DNA of 64,000 bases from NCBI GenBank assembly GCA_965240325.2, contig OZ251227.1, positions 124,001 to 188,000 of the forward strand. The letters run 5' to 3'. This DNA is from Rebecca billardiae RCC1528. Taxonomy: Eukaryota; Protista; Haptophyta. Below the pieces are notes generated by a model. That model made no database searches. It was not told the DNA's origin and saw only the letters and a list, made by a program, of their open reading frames with translations. The position numbers and the translations under genes were made by a program. Of the stretch, positions 11,766 through 22,786 are shown piece by piece (positions within the stretch are counted from its first letter, which is position 1; every line of letters begins with the position of its first letter).

Positions 11766-12839
11766 ATGTACGCGGCCCCGCTCGCGCTTGCGCTTGCCGT
11801 GCATGCGGCCCCGTCCGCACGGCCACATGCGGCGGTGCGCGTGCCGCTGTCGCCTGCACCCTCGCTCAGCCGACGGCAGCTCGCGGCGAGCGGTCTGCTC
11901 GTGCCGGCGGCGCTGGCGCTCGGCGCTGGCGTGAGTCCCGCGAGCGCCGCGGCGGACGTGGCAGCCGAGACCGCGTCGCTGCCTGTCTACTTTGGATGTG
12001 GATGCTTCTGGCACGTGCAGCACGAGTTTGTGGACTGCGAGCGGCAGGTGCTCGGCCGCAAGGACGCCGAGCTCACCTCGCGCTGCGGGTACGCGGGCGG
12101 GCTCAAGACCGGCGATGGCGGGAAGGTGTGCTACCATAACCTGAGGCGCGACTCCGACTACGGCAAGCTGGGCCACGCCGAGGCGGTCGCGATGCGCATC
12201 CCGCCGAGCAAGCTCCCCGACTTCGCCAAGCTGTACTTCAGCCTCTTCGTGCCGTACAAGTTCCCCGGCATGACAGTCCTCGAGCGCAACGACCCGCAGG
12301 ATGCCGGCCCTGAGTACCGCTCGCTGCTCGGGCTGCCCGGGGGCGTCAAGTCGCCGCTCTTCCCCGCGATCGAGGCGGCGGCCCAGGGCAAGTGGAAGCT
12401 GGTGGAGGTGCGCTCGCCGCCGCGCTGCCCAGACGCCCGGCCCGACGCCCACGCCCACCCGCCCCGCGCGACGTGCGGGCGGCGCTTGAGCGCGCTGCCC
12501 CTCCCCCCGTGCCGCTCGCTCCGCAGGGGAAGGGCAACGAGCCCGACACCCTGCTCAAGCGCACCATCTACGTGATGGACTCGGACGAATTCCCATTCTA
12601 CCCGGTGCGTGCCAGCCCTGTAGTGCGTGGCTGCGGCCCGTGCGTAAAGGCACGCGTCGCAGCTGACGCCCACCGCGCGCGTGTGGCCGCGGGGCCGCGC
12701 CTCGCAGGCCGAGGTGTACCACCAGTTTCACAACGACTTCCAGAGCCCGCCGTACGGCAAGGCATACAACTCGATCAGCGACCTGCTCGTCAAGAACGGC
12801 GACATCAAGACCACCGGCTGCCCAGAATTGGGCTTCTAA
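11766..12839 (+). CDS. msrA: Peptide methionine sulfoxide reductase A-like, plastid/lumen targeted; introns 12408-12526 and 12605-12707
   Basis: YFGCGCFWH, GYAGG, GHAEAV, FYP|AEVYHQ, C-terminal GCP; both GT-AG introns keep frame; leader of signal peptide + SRRQL + AxA. Confidence 0.85.
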
Positions 12840-12939
12840 ACAGGCTCGGCACAGCGGTGCGCGTTTTTTGATCAGCACTATTCAGTCGTCATGCCGTCGT
12901 CGTCGGATCTGGATTACGCGCGACGGCTCTGGTCACTGT

Positions 12940-13864
12940 CCGGGACGTCCAGCAGGGGTGCATTTAACCATTTGGGGGGGTCTGGGGGGGGCTCCCCCCA
13001 GCCCATCGAAGGACCAAATACGCCTCAATAGGGGCCCAACTCGCCAGATTTGCATGGGTGCAGACTGCCGCAAATGCTGCGCTGAGCCTGAGGGCCGGAG
13101 CCGTGCAGCGGCGTCGATTGACAGCGTCAGCTGTGCGCCGCCTCGCGACGACCATGCGACGCCTCGCACAAAGCCCTGATCTCGGCGTCTCCCTCGCTAG
13201 TCAAGACGTAGCGTAGTGCTGGATCGAGCGACGCATCAGTGACCGCCGCCGCGGCCGCCGCACCTCGGCGCGCTCGCGAACTCGCTGAGCCGTCAGCCAA
13301 GCGCGAGCTCGTGCGCACGCCCGCGCCTCCGCGAGCTGACGGCACGGCCCGGGGCGCGAGCAGCTCGAGGAGCACGTCTTCCTCCGTGAAGCGCTTGTGA
13401 ACGGTGCTGGCGGCAACCATGACGTGCTTCGGGCAACGGCAATCCGTATGGCCAGGGCAAGCCAGGGTCACCGTACACGTACCTGCGCTCGTTGGGAGAT
13501 GCGCGCGCATTGTCCCACCCACGCGAGCGCGTCAACGAGCCCGTCGTCATCGGATGGTCCTCTGTCTGCTTGGCCAGCTGACGTCTCCGCGCGCCGGGCG
13601 CGGCTGCGACACCCGACATGGCCGCAGCTCACCGTTGGAGTCCGGGAACTTGAAAAAAAAAGTTCAGCACGATGGAGTCCTCCGTGTTCGACGTGACGAC
13701 GCCTTCGAACACGTCGAGGCGTGAGAAGACGTCGATTACTTCGATGAGGACTACGTTACTTCGTCCGCCGCGCTGGAGATCTTTCGATTGGTACCCTCAT
13801 CGCTCCCTGGCTCCCAGGGGTTCGACTAAATGCACCCCCCCCATAGGGTCAGTGGACGTCCCTG
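12940..13864. mobile_element. Degenerate hAT-like non-autonomous element
   Basis: Left CCGGGACGTCCA..GGGGTGCATTTA vs right TAAATGCACCCC..TGGACGTCCCTG (inverted); subterminal G/C-run hairpin near 12974-13003; no TSD found. Confidence 0.55.
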
Positions 13865-14227
13865 ATGGCTGGAGCCCGACGGGCACTTCCACCACGTCTT
13901 TGATCTTCCTAATTTTCTTCACCGTACCATCATCGGCATCTGACCTAGACACGCTGCCTCATGATGCGGTCATCGGCATACGATTATCGGCGGCATATAT
14001 ATCGTGTACATATATATGTATATATTTATATATATATTGGCGCCCACGTCGTTGAATATATTGGCGCTGCTAACTACAATCTATATTAACGACGTGACGA
14101 TTTAAAATAGGCTCCACCGATGATTATTATTATATAAAATTTTATTCATTCGATGATGATATCGGCGTGCGTGGCCGACCCGATATATCGCGGCACATCC
14201 CTCGCCATCAATGCGGCTACCGCGCCG

Positions 14228-15109
14228 TCATCTCGTGATCTCGTCCAAGAGAGCCGACAGCTTGGCGCAGAGCTCAGCCTGGCGCACCTCGGAGCCAGCG
14301 CCCACCTGCAGCGCGCGGTTCACGAGCGCGTGCAGCGGCGGAGGGACTGCCACCTGGGGCGGACAAGCCATCGGCTGAGACGACGCGGCGTGCTCGCCCG
14401 GAGCGCCAGCATCGCAGGGCGGTAGGTGCCTGCGCCGATCGTCGCCGCGATGCGGCGGCTCCACGATCGCCACACATCCCGCACCCTCGCCCCTCCGGAA
14501 CGCGGTCGCGCTCGGGCACGCGAGCAACGTGAGCGCGCTGCCGGCCCACCCGCAGTCCATCTGGTCGAGCACGGCGCAGGCATCGCGGATGCAGCGGGAG
14601 ATGTGCGTGGGGCTCGAGACGAGGACGAGGCGAGTGCACCCGTGCCGTCGGCACGCGGCGATGGCCGCGGCGACCTCCTCGCGCGTGTTCCGCGATACAC
14701 AGTCGCATGCGCTCGTGCGTCGCACACGCTCGCGCATGCTGTCCACATCGACGCGCGCGAATGCGCCGCCAAAGGCCGGGAGGCCCTCGAGCCTCTCCTC
14801 GAGCACGCACCGTGTGTACTCTGCCTCCGGCGTGCCGTGCGAATCGTGGCTGGCCCCCGTCCCGAAGATGAGGAGCGCGGCGTCGAGCTCACTCGCGATG
14901 AGCAGGCCCTGTGGCACGCGTCCGGCGAGGCCGGCCGACGGCTCGCCCCAGACGACGCGCTCCCACTCGAACGCGCCGAGGTGGTAGCCGTGCACCAGAA
15001 CGGCTGTGCGCGTCGGCGGAGCGCTGCTTTCACCCCAGATACCCCGCACGCACGACGACCACAAAAGGAGGAGGGCGGCGACCCCGTAACACGCCGCCCC
15101 GGCCGGCAT
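14228..15109 (-). CDS. Signal-peptide protein, DUF218/YdcF-like (tentative)
   Basis: Hydrophobic leader; VLVHGYHL, GRVP, LIFGTGAS, EAEY, SRNTREE, LVLVSSPTHISRC match the DUF218 motif order (S.NT.EN, LVTS..H..R). Confidence 0.65.
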   Translation of the reverse strand: MPAGAACYGVAALLLLWSSCVRGIWGESSAPPTRTAVLVHGYHLGAFEWERVVWGEPSAGLAGRVPQGLLIASELDAALLIFGTGASHDSHGTPEAEYTRCVLEERLEGLPAFGGAFARVDVDSMRERVRRTSACDCVSRNTREEVAAAIAACRRHGCTRLVLVSSPTHISRCIRDACAVLDQMDCGWAGSALTLLACPSATAFRRGEGAGCVAIVEPPHRGDDRRRHLPPCDAGAPGEHAASSQPMACPPQVAVPPPLHALVNRALQVGAGSEVRQAELCAKLSALLDEITR

Positions 15110-15566
15110 CGTGAGACGATTACTGTATTCGTCGCAGGGCGAGCGATGACGAATTCTCCCCTCATCACTCGCGCCCAAGCAAGGGCCCTTCCGCTTGGTC
15201 CCTTGCTGGTCCAAGTCCAAGTTCCGCAATGCCATTATGCCGACGGCGCCTTTCCACCCGTTCCACTACTGGGGGCGGGCCCAGCGAATCCGCGGTACTA
15301 CACGTGCACGCTTATAGCTATAGTACTCGACGGTGGCTTATTATTAGCCCGCAGACTCTGTCATCACTCGTAACACTGCCAGCGTCTGCTCACCCGGCGG
15401 CGTGTCGCACAGACCAGAGGCACAGTGACAGTGGCAGTCCGTACGGTGCCAGGCTGATCCGCAGCCAGCCAGACGCATGCCACTGCGCCGCATGGCCATG
15501 GGCGTCCATGCCAACGGCAGCGGTTCCTAGCAGTGCACGGCGACGCTGCTGCGCCCAGCCCTGGCC

Positions 15567-18500
15567 CTAGCCCCACAGACTCCCGCGCGTGGAGCCGCCG
15601 CCGCCAGGCGCGGCGTGCTCGCCGAGGCCGCGCGTGACGCCAATCTCGCGCGGCGGGACGACCGGCGCGGGCGCATCGGTCGCCGCCGCCGCGCCCCCGG
15701 CGGCGAGCTTGTCGCCGTTCCGCCCCATGACGCGCGCGCGCAGCTTGTCGAGCTTGGCCTTCTGCTGCGGCAGCACGACCGTGACGAACGCCGTGCCGAT
15801 GACCAGCGCCATCGCGCCCTGCATGATGAGCACGACCGCGGTCACGGCCGTGACGACCGCCGGCTGCGCGCCCAGCACCGCCTCGTTCACCAGCAGGAAC
15901 ATGCCCGCAAAGACGGTGGAGAAGGTGACGACGAGCGAGAGCGTCTCGATCTGGTCGAGCGCGGGGTTGACGTACGGCCTGTACCGCACGTGCAGCAGCA
16001 CCATCCCGAACAGCAGGTAGAGCGCCACCAGCACCTGCACAAAGACGGACACGCGGCTGAGCAGCGCGCGCACCAGCGCCAACGCCACCTGCGCACGAGG
16101 CGGGGCGCGGCGGAGCGGAGGGGGAAGGGGGCGGCGCGGGCGCAGGGCGGGCGGGGCGGCCGCTCAGCGGCTCTGCGCGCGCGCCCCGCCGCGCGCCGCG
16201 CCCCGCCGCCCCGCGCGTGCGCGCCTCGCCTTGCGCGGCATGATGACGGCCACTTCCCAGAACACGGCGATGCCGCGCTGCTCAAACCCGCGGAACAAGA
16301 AGCCGTACACCGACACAAACTGCTCGTCGCGGGTGGCGATCTTGCGCCGGTTCGACCAGAGCAGCCACGTGCCGCCGAGCGGGATGCCCGCGCCGAAGAG
16401 CACAAAGAAGATGGCCGCGAACCACTGCCGGGAGGCGTGCGGCTCCTGCGGGGCGCGCGGCCGCGCGGCGTGGCGCGAGCGCGCGCCGGTGGAGGCGCGA
16501 GCACGGCGCGCGAGGCGCGAGCACGGCCCGCCGCGTGCGGCGCGCGCGCGCGCGCGAGGGAAGGCGCGCGCGCGCGCGCGCACCAGGTCGCAGCGCACGC
16601 TCGGCCGCTCGCTGAGGTGCAGGTACGTGACGCCGCCCGCGTCCTCGAACGGCTCGCACGCGAGGAACACCAGCGTCTCCTCCGCCAGCGGCATGTGCAC
16701 GACGAACAGGAAGACGAGCAGCGCCACCTTGAAGCCGTCCACGTGCCCCAGCACGATGCGCGCGCGCACCTGCGCCTCGTCCTCCTCGAGCGGGGCGGCG
16801 CGCATCACGGAGAGGCGGCGCGAGTCGGCGGAGGAGCGCCGGCGCACGTCGCCACTCGCCCCGCCCGCGTCGGCGCTCGTCTCGAGCCTTGCGCCGCCCC
16901 CCCCGCCTCCGGCGCGGCCGTACGCGCGGTGCCGTGCGAGCGCGACCAAGCAGAGCACCGCCCACACCGCCGCCCACACGCACGCGCAGATGGGCACGAT
17001 CACGACGTACAGCACCAGCTTGGTCCACTGCCGGTCGTCCGACGCGCCCAGCTCGCACTCCACCGCGGCGAGCTGCAGCGAGATCGGCATCGAGACCTGG
17101 CGCATCGCGCGCAGCACGTGCCTGATGGAGTCGGACCAGTGCAGGTCGAACGCGGCCGCAAACGAGGTCATCTGCAGCCAGTTGATGCTCATCTTGACGA
17201 GCGGCATCAGGTCGTTCGCCGCGTCCTCGTCGAACGCGCCCGACCGCCCCGCCAGCAGCACCACGTACGTCGCCGCCCCCACGCCGACGAAGAGCAGCAC
17301 GGCCGCGGACGCGACGATGAACACATCCTCTTGCCGCGCGGCCTCCCGCGCGGCCGAGAGATCGGCCGTGCCCGAGAGCGGGCACGCCTCGCACTCGCCG
17401 AGCGCGTCGCGCCCGTAGCCGATCGCGCACGCCTCGCAGCGCGGCCCCACGTGCCCGTCCGCGCACAGGTCGTCGCCGCCCGCGCCCGACGCGGAGAAGG
17501 CGGCGCCGCCCGGGCAGGCGGAGGGCAGCGAGGCGCACGCGTACACGACGAGCGACTCTGCCGAGTACCGCCAGAAGCCGGGGGACACGCCCATGTCCGC
17601 CGGCCCGTTCGTGCCCTGCTTGCAGATCAGCCCGGGCGGGCAGTCCTCGCACCACACCTCGTCCGCCTCCCAGTCCACCACCACGCGGTACTGCCCCGCG
17701 TCGCACGTGCACTCGTCCTTGGCCGCCGCTCCGCTCGAGGTGGTGATCAGTCCGCCCGGGCAGAGCCGGCAGTTCGAGTTGGCCTGCGTCGGCTTGTACT
17801 CGTTCTCGGCGCACGCCGTGCAGCGCCCGCCGTCCGCCAGGTCGCCGCCGTCCACGAAGTACCCCTTCTCGCACTCGCACACCGCGCCCTGCCCGCCGTC
17901 CTCGGACACGGCCGCGTCGTCGGGGCACGAGCACTCGGAGGCAGCGGTCGCGGCCTCCGCGCTGGACGAGCCGAGCGCGCACGCGTCGCACGCGTGGTTG
18001 CCAATGTCCTTCTTGAAGGTGCCCGAGGCGCACGGCTGGCACAGCGAGTTGCGCACCGAGCGCTGGTCGAGGAAGCTGGTGGAGGCGCAGTCCTCCCCGT
18101 CTGGGCAAACCAGCTCGTAGCCCGCGCGGCACGCGCACTCGGGGTCGCCGCCGCTGCCCCAGATTGGCACCATGCGGAGCGGGCAGACGCACGCGCTGCG
18201 CTGCGTCGAGCCGACCGGGGCGAAGTAGTACAAGCCGCACTCCTCGCACGGCTCGTCGCTCGTCTCGTTCTTGAAGGAGCCCACGCCACTGGTGGCGGGG
18301 GGCGGCGGGGGTTCGGCGCGGGGCGGAGGCTCGGCCGCGCCGACGCGACGCGCGAGAGCCGCGCGCGCAGCGCGCTCCGGGCGGACGGCTCGAGCGCGCC
18401 GGCCAGCGCGAGCCGGCCGCGCGCGCGCGCGCGCACCATGGTTCGCACACGTTGGCGTCCAGATTGTCGTCAAAGACGGGCTCTCTCCCCGCCGGGCACA

Positions 18501-19539
18501 GGCACTCCCAGCCCTCCCAGAGGTCGAGCGGGCCGCCCGTGAGCGTGAGCGTGAAGCCCGATGCGCACGTGCACTCTGCAGGGTCGACGGTGCCGACGTT
18601 GACGACACTGCGGCACGCGGCACGGCCGCGGGTGCCGGGGGGGTGCGCCGCTGAGCGCGCCGCCGCACTCGCCCGCGCGCGCTCCGGGGCGCGCCTGGGC
18701 GCGCTGCCCCGCCGCCCTGCGCCGCGTGCGCGACGCGGCGCCGCCGGCACCGTCGGCACCGCGTGCGCGCGTGTGCGGTTGGTGCGCTCACGTCTGCGAG
18801 AAGGGCGTCGGGCAGTTCTCACACGTGGTGGGGACGAAGCGGAGGCGGGACGGGCGGCTCCACGTGCCCGTGTCGCAGAGCGAGCAGGACCACTCGGAGA
18901 GGAACAGCGGCGGCTGGTGCACCACCTGCAGGTAGTGCCCGCCCTCCGTGTTGCACTCGCACCCCTGCAGCCCGCCCGCGTACTCGACCTCCACGTACTC
19001 GGCCTTGCACCCGGAGCATGCCGCGGACGAGCTGGCGCCCTCGAGGCCGGTCGCGGCGCCCGGGCCGCGGGGGCACTGGGTGCAGTCGTACGGATCGCTC
19101 TCGCCCGTGTTGTAGAAGCCGTCCGGGCACGGCTCGCACAGCACCTGCGAGCCGCGGCGCGGGCGGGAAGCGACACGTCGGCGCACGCGCACGTCGGTGC
19201 GCGCGGGCGCTGGCAGGGGGCGCGCGCGCTCCGCGGCCCGTGGCTCGCCGCGCGCACGGTCTCGTCGTAGCCGCCTAGGTCAGCGTTATACGCGTAGTTC
19301 CGATGCATCGCAAACCCGGGCTGGCAGCGGCAACGGCACGTGCCCGTGAGCGCAGTCTCCTCGTTGCACGCAGGGAAGCCGTCACGGTCCATAAAGCCCG
19401 CCGCCTCGGCGCAGTTGCACGACGCGTTCAGCATGGAGTTGATCGAGCCGAACTCATCGGTCACGTTGTACGGGCACGACGCGCTCGCGCCCGGCGCCAG
19501 CGCGAGCAGAGCCAGCAGCCAGCTAGCCCGCAGCGCCAT
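15567..19539 (-). CDS. Secreted Cys-rich-repeat (GCC2/GCC3, TNFR-like) protein with multi-TM C-terminus; introns 19145-19257, 18608-18791, 18289-18436, 16446-16583, 16089-16229
   Basis: Signal peptide MALRASWLLALLALAPGASA; repeated C..C..G.Y/F units; CADGHVGPRCEAC; KMSINWLQM, YGFLFRGF...FWE...RK, RPY...LE; all five splices checked for frame. Confidence 0.85.
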
Positions 19540-20357
19540 CTTGGGGCCTGTCGTCGCCGGCATAGCCCGCCCTGGTTCCTGAGCACTTGCTCCCGACCGT
19601 AGCGACTGTGAATTGTGATGAGCTTATTATTGAGCTTATTGAGCTTGGGCGCGACTCCCGGCGGCGGCAGCTGCTCGCTTTTGGAACAGATATGTGATTT
19701 TACCCGCACATCACGTTATGGAAGTATGGAACAATATATATACGGGTATTACCGGTATGGCTTGTTCGAAATCAGAATCTCGTCGATCCTTTAATAAAGG
19801 GGATCGAATTTATTATATTGTTCATCATCATCACGATCAGCTCGTGATAAAACTCATAAAAGTCCACTTCATCGAGTCTTCTTGCTTCGACGATCAAGAC
19901 GCAGCCTCTTCATGAGCGAGCTCCGCCTCCAGCACGCGTTATTCGCGCGTTAACAGCTTCGTCCGCCACGAGAGAGGCGCCGGCAGCGCTCCCTCATGCC
20001 CGTGCTGACGCGCGCGCTCGCGCAGCACGTCGGCTGACACTGACAGTGACGGCTCCACGGTCCACCGTCGAGCGGGCCCGGCAGGGCGTCGGGGGATATA
20101 TAGGAGTCTTCAGTGACTGAGACGGGCGCCGCGACAGACGACAGTCTTATTAGCAGACGATACTGTCTCAACTCTCAGTGACTCTCAGTCAGTCTGTCAG
20201 TTCACCGCCAGTCCGGCGTCCTGCGGCCGCTACTAGTCTGAATATATATACAGTCTGCGAATCTGATCATCTGATTCTGATATATAGTGATTCAGTACAG
20301 TAGCATAGTGATTCAGTATAGTGTCAGTGATATGATCTCGTTATCCGAATCGTTACT

Positions 20358-21215
20358 GACCCGTTGCACGCGTGAGCGCCGAAAAAACGACACTTTGGCA
20401 GTGATAGTCATCAGCACCGTCGCCGCATCGTGGGCATGCCGCTGCCGCCGCCGGCGGCGGCAGCGGGAGCGTGGCAGCAGATCTACCACCTTCCGCGTTA
20501 CGCGCTGCGTCGTGCGCGCCAGGTGGCAGGTTTCCCAGGTCCGCCGCGCGGAAGGCAGCGTGAGCGGTCGGCGAGCGCACGGAGATGAGAAGTAAGCGCG
20601 CATCGTGAGAGCTTCAGCAGCTTGCCCACGCGCTTCACGAAGGCGGTGTGGTTGCGTGCGCACGCCTTCTGTACCCGTACCCGCGATCAAAGCGTGAGCC
20701 ACTCCCTAGGTCTTGCCTGCGCATCGCGGGCCGCGCCTCGTCTCCTGAATCCTCGTTCACGAGGACAGCACGTGTATCCGTGTACGCGCTCGCGGCCGAT
20801 GGCGGCTCCCCGCGTCGAGAGCCGTTTGGCTGGAGCCGCATCCAAGGGCATGTATCCTCACGGCCCCACCCGATGCTGACGCTGAGGTGGCGTGCTTGCC
20901 GAAGGTAGCCGCATTGGCTGATCTCTCTGCCTTTGGGCAACCCTTTGCAACCGCGCCGGCTCACGCTGCCAGCGCGCGCGCGGCGTGGCTTCGTGGTGGA
21001 CACCTGCCCTGGGTTTTGTCGTTCGTTCTCAGCGACGGTTGGGTCGATTGACATGCGGATTGGATTGGTGCATTGCGAATCGGCTTCGCAATGCACCATT
21101 GCGCTCGGATCGGCGCGGACGTCAGCCATGCGGCAGCGCGAGCGACAAAACCGCGAGATTTCATACGCTTGTCGTTTTTTCATACGCTCACGGCTACTCA
21201 CCCGTGCAACGGGTC
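20358..21215. mobile_element. Non-autonomous TIR DNA transposon (858 bp), 4-bp TSD TACT
   Basis: GACCCGTTGCACG at 20358-20370 and CGTGCAACGGGTC at 21203-21215; TIR continues inward imperfectly (CGTGAGCG..GAAAAAACGACA); TACT on both flanks. Confidence 0.85.
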
Positions 21216-21231
21216 TACTGCTTTTAAACTA

Positions 21232-21777
21232 ACATGTGGGCCCATACGAGGCGCGGCTCGACACCTTCCCCGCGATCGTCCCGATTGTCGTGGGGGCGTT
21301 CGGCGAGTGGAGCGCGGAGGTGGACCTCACCCTCAAGAAGATCGCCAAGATGGGGCGGGACACGTGGCGCGCGCGCCTCAGCGCGCCCTCGCGCCCCGCC
21401 GCCGAGCGCGCGCTGCTCGGCACCATGCGGCGCGAGATGGGCATGCGCTGCCTGCGTGGCCAGGCCAAGATGCTCATCGCCCGCGCGCGCATGGCGCACG
21501 TGCGCCCGGGGGCACGCGCCCGCGGGGGCGCTGCATACGACGAAGTCCTACTTCGAGACGACGGCTGACGACGCGTGGCACCGCGACCACCGCGGTGGCG
21601 CGCGCGCGTCGACACCAGACGGTGCGTCAAGCAGTCCGCTCGGCGATGGCGACTACGAGGGGGGCCGCCGGACGACGGCGTGGAGCGCTGACCCTGGTGT
21701 TTCGGTCTCTGCTGCTTGATCTGCTGCTGCTACAGCTTGCTGACTCTGACGCCTGCCCGTTGCATACCACGTCAGTT
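21232..21777 (+). mobile_element. 5'-truncated non-LTR retrotransposon fragment (C-terminus of restriction-like endonuclease)
   Basis: ORF 21236-21568 GPYEARL...IVPIVVGAFGEWSAEV...LRGQAKML resembles the RLE C-terminus of R2/CRE-type elements; followed by a TA-rich tandem tail. Confidence 0.7.
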
Positions 21778-21890
21778 ATAATATATACATATATACATAT
21801 ATATACATATATATACATATATATACATGTATATGCATATATACATATATATACATATATATACATATATATGTATATATATACATATAT
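21778..21890. repeat. TA/TACA microsatellite, (TATATACA)n-like
   Basis: Seen directly in the sequence. Confidence 0.9.
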
Positions 21891-22692
21891 GTGATGGCGT
21901 TATAACGGAGTTATAACCGAGTGTGTCGGGAGGCTGGAAAGGCAACGCGCAGCTGGTGGACAAGGGCCGCCATCGTCTTCTAGGTCCTGCAGGTAGTTGC
22001 AGTCGATTTCCGGAGCTCATCGCCATCGGCCACGGAGCTATCCTTTATCATCATCATGGCGGGCGCTGGTCCTTTCATATCGGCCAACCACACTGGCTCC
22101 TCTGTAAGTACCCGCTCCTCTCCACTATCCGGCGCTCGAGATCATATACAAGGTCATCTTAAGTCGCAGCGTGGCAACTTACCAAAGTTCATATCAAGCA
22201 GCCCACCTAGCAGAGCTCGCTCGATCATCGGGTACACGACCTTTCGGGCCGAGCTGCTCATCTCTCGGCAGCCCCTGCTTCGGCCTGCGCATCTGCAAAG
22301 CCCGAGGTCCCGCCATCTCCTCTGCGTTCTTTGCTTGTGCTCGTTGCGAAACCCGCCATCCGCCCCTGCAGCCTCCGTTGTGGTTGACAACCTTGTCGTC
22401 AGGCCTGTGAGTGCTGCGCTTGCCTGAGCCAGGGACCTTGCTGCCACACGCTGGCGCAGTCTGCGCGCAGCTTTGGCACCGTCGGCTCAGTCGCTCTTCC
22501 CGTTCAGCCAGGGACAAATCCCCACCACGCGCAAGTATATATTTATACATCACCATTTCGGCATGGTGTGTATCGGCATTTGCTGCATGCTCGCATATAT
22601 GCTGCAATACCTGCCCTCGCATGCACATCACGCAGACTGTGGGTGATGTTCGTCCATACTCAATGGCGTCGCGTCGCTCTTCATGCAGGAGG

Positions 22693-22696
<4 letters not shown>
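21891..22696. mobile_element. 806-bp element inserted in a TA microsatellite, termini GTG...AC
   Basis: Lower-GC block with TA repeats on both sides; termini resemble those of the DIRS-type element at 58883-60995. Confidence 0.5.
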
Positions 22697-22727
<31 letters not shown>

Positions 22728-22786
22728 CATATATATATATCGTCATTACACCAGGCCGGCCCGGCGGCTCCCGAATTGACCTTGTC

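Noticed and set aside
13650-13829. Selenoprotein with in-frame TGA
   Set aside because: No redox motif or SECIS recognised; lies inside a decayed element
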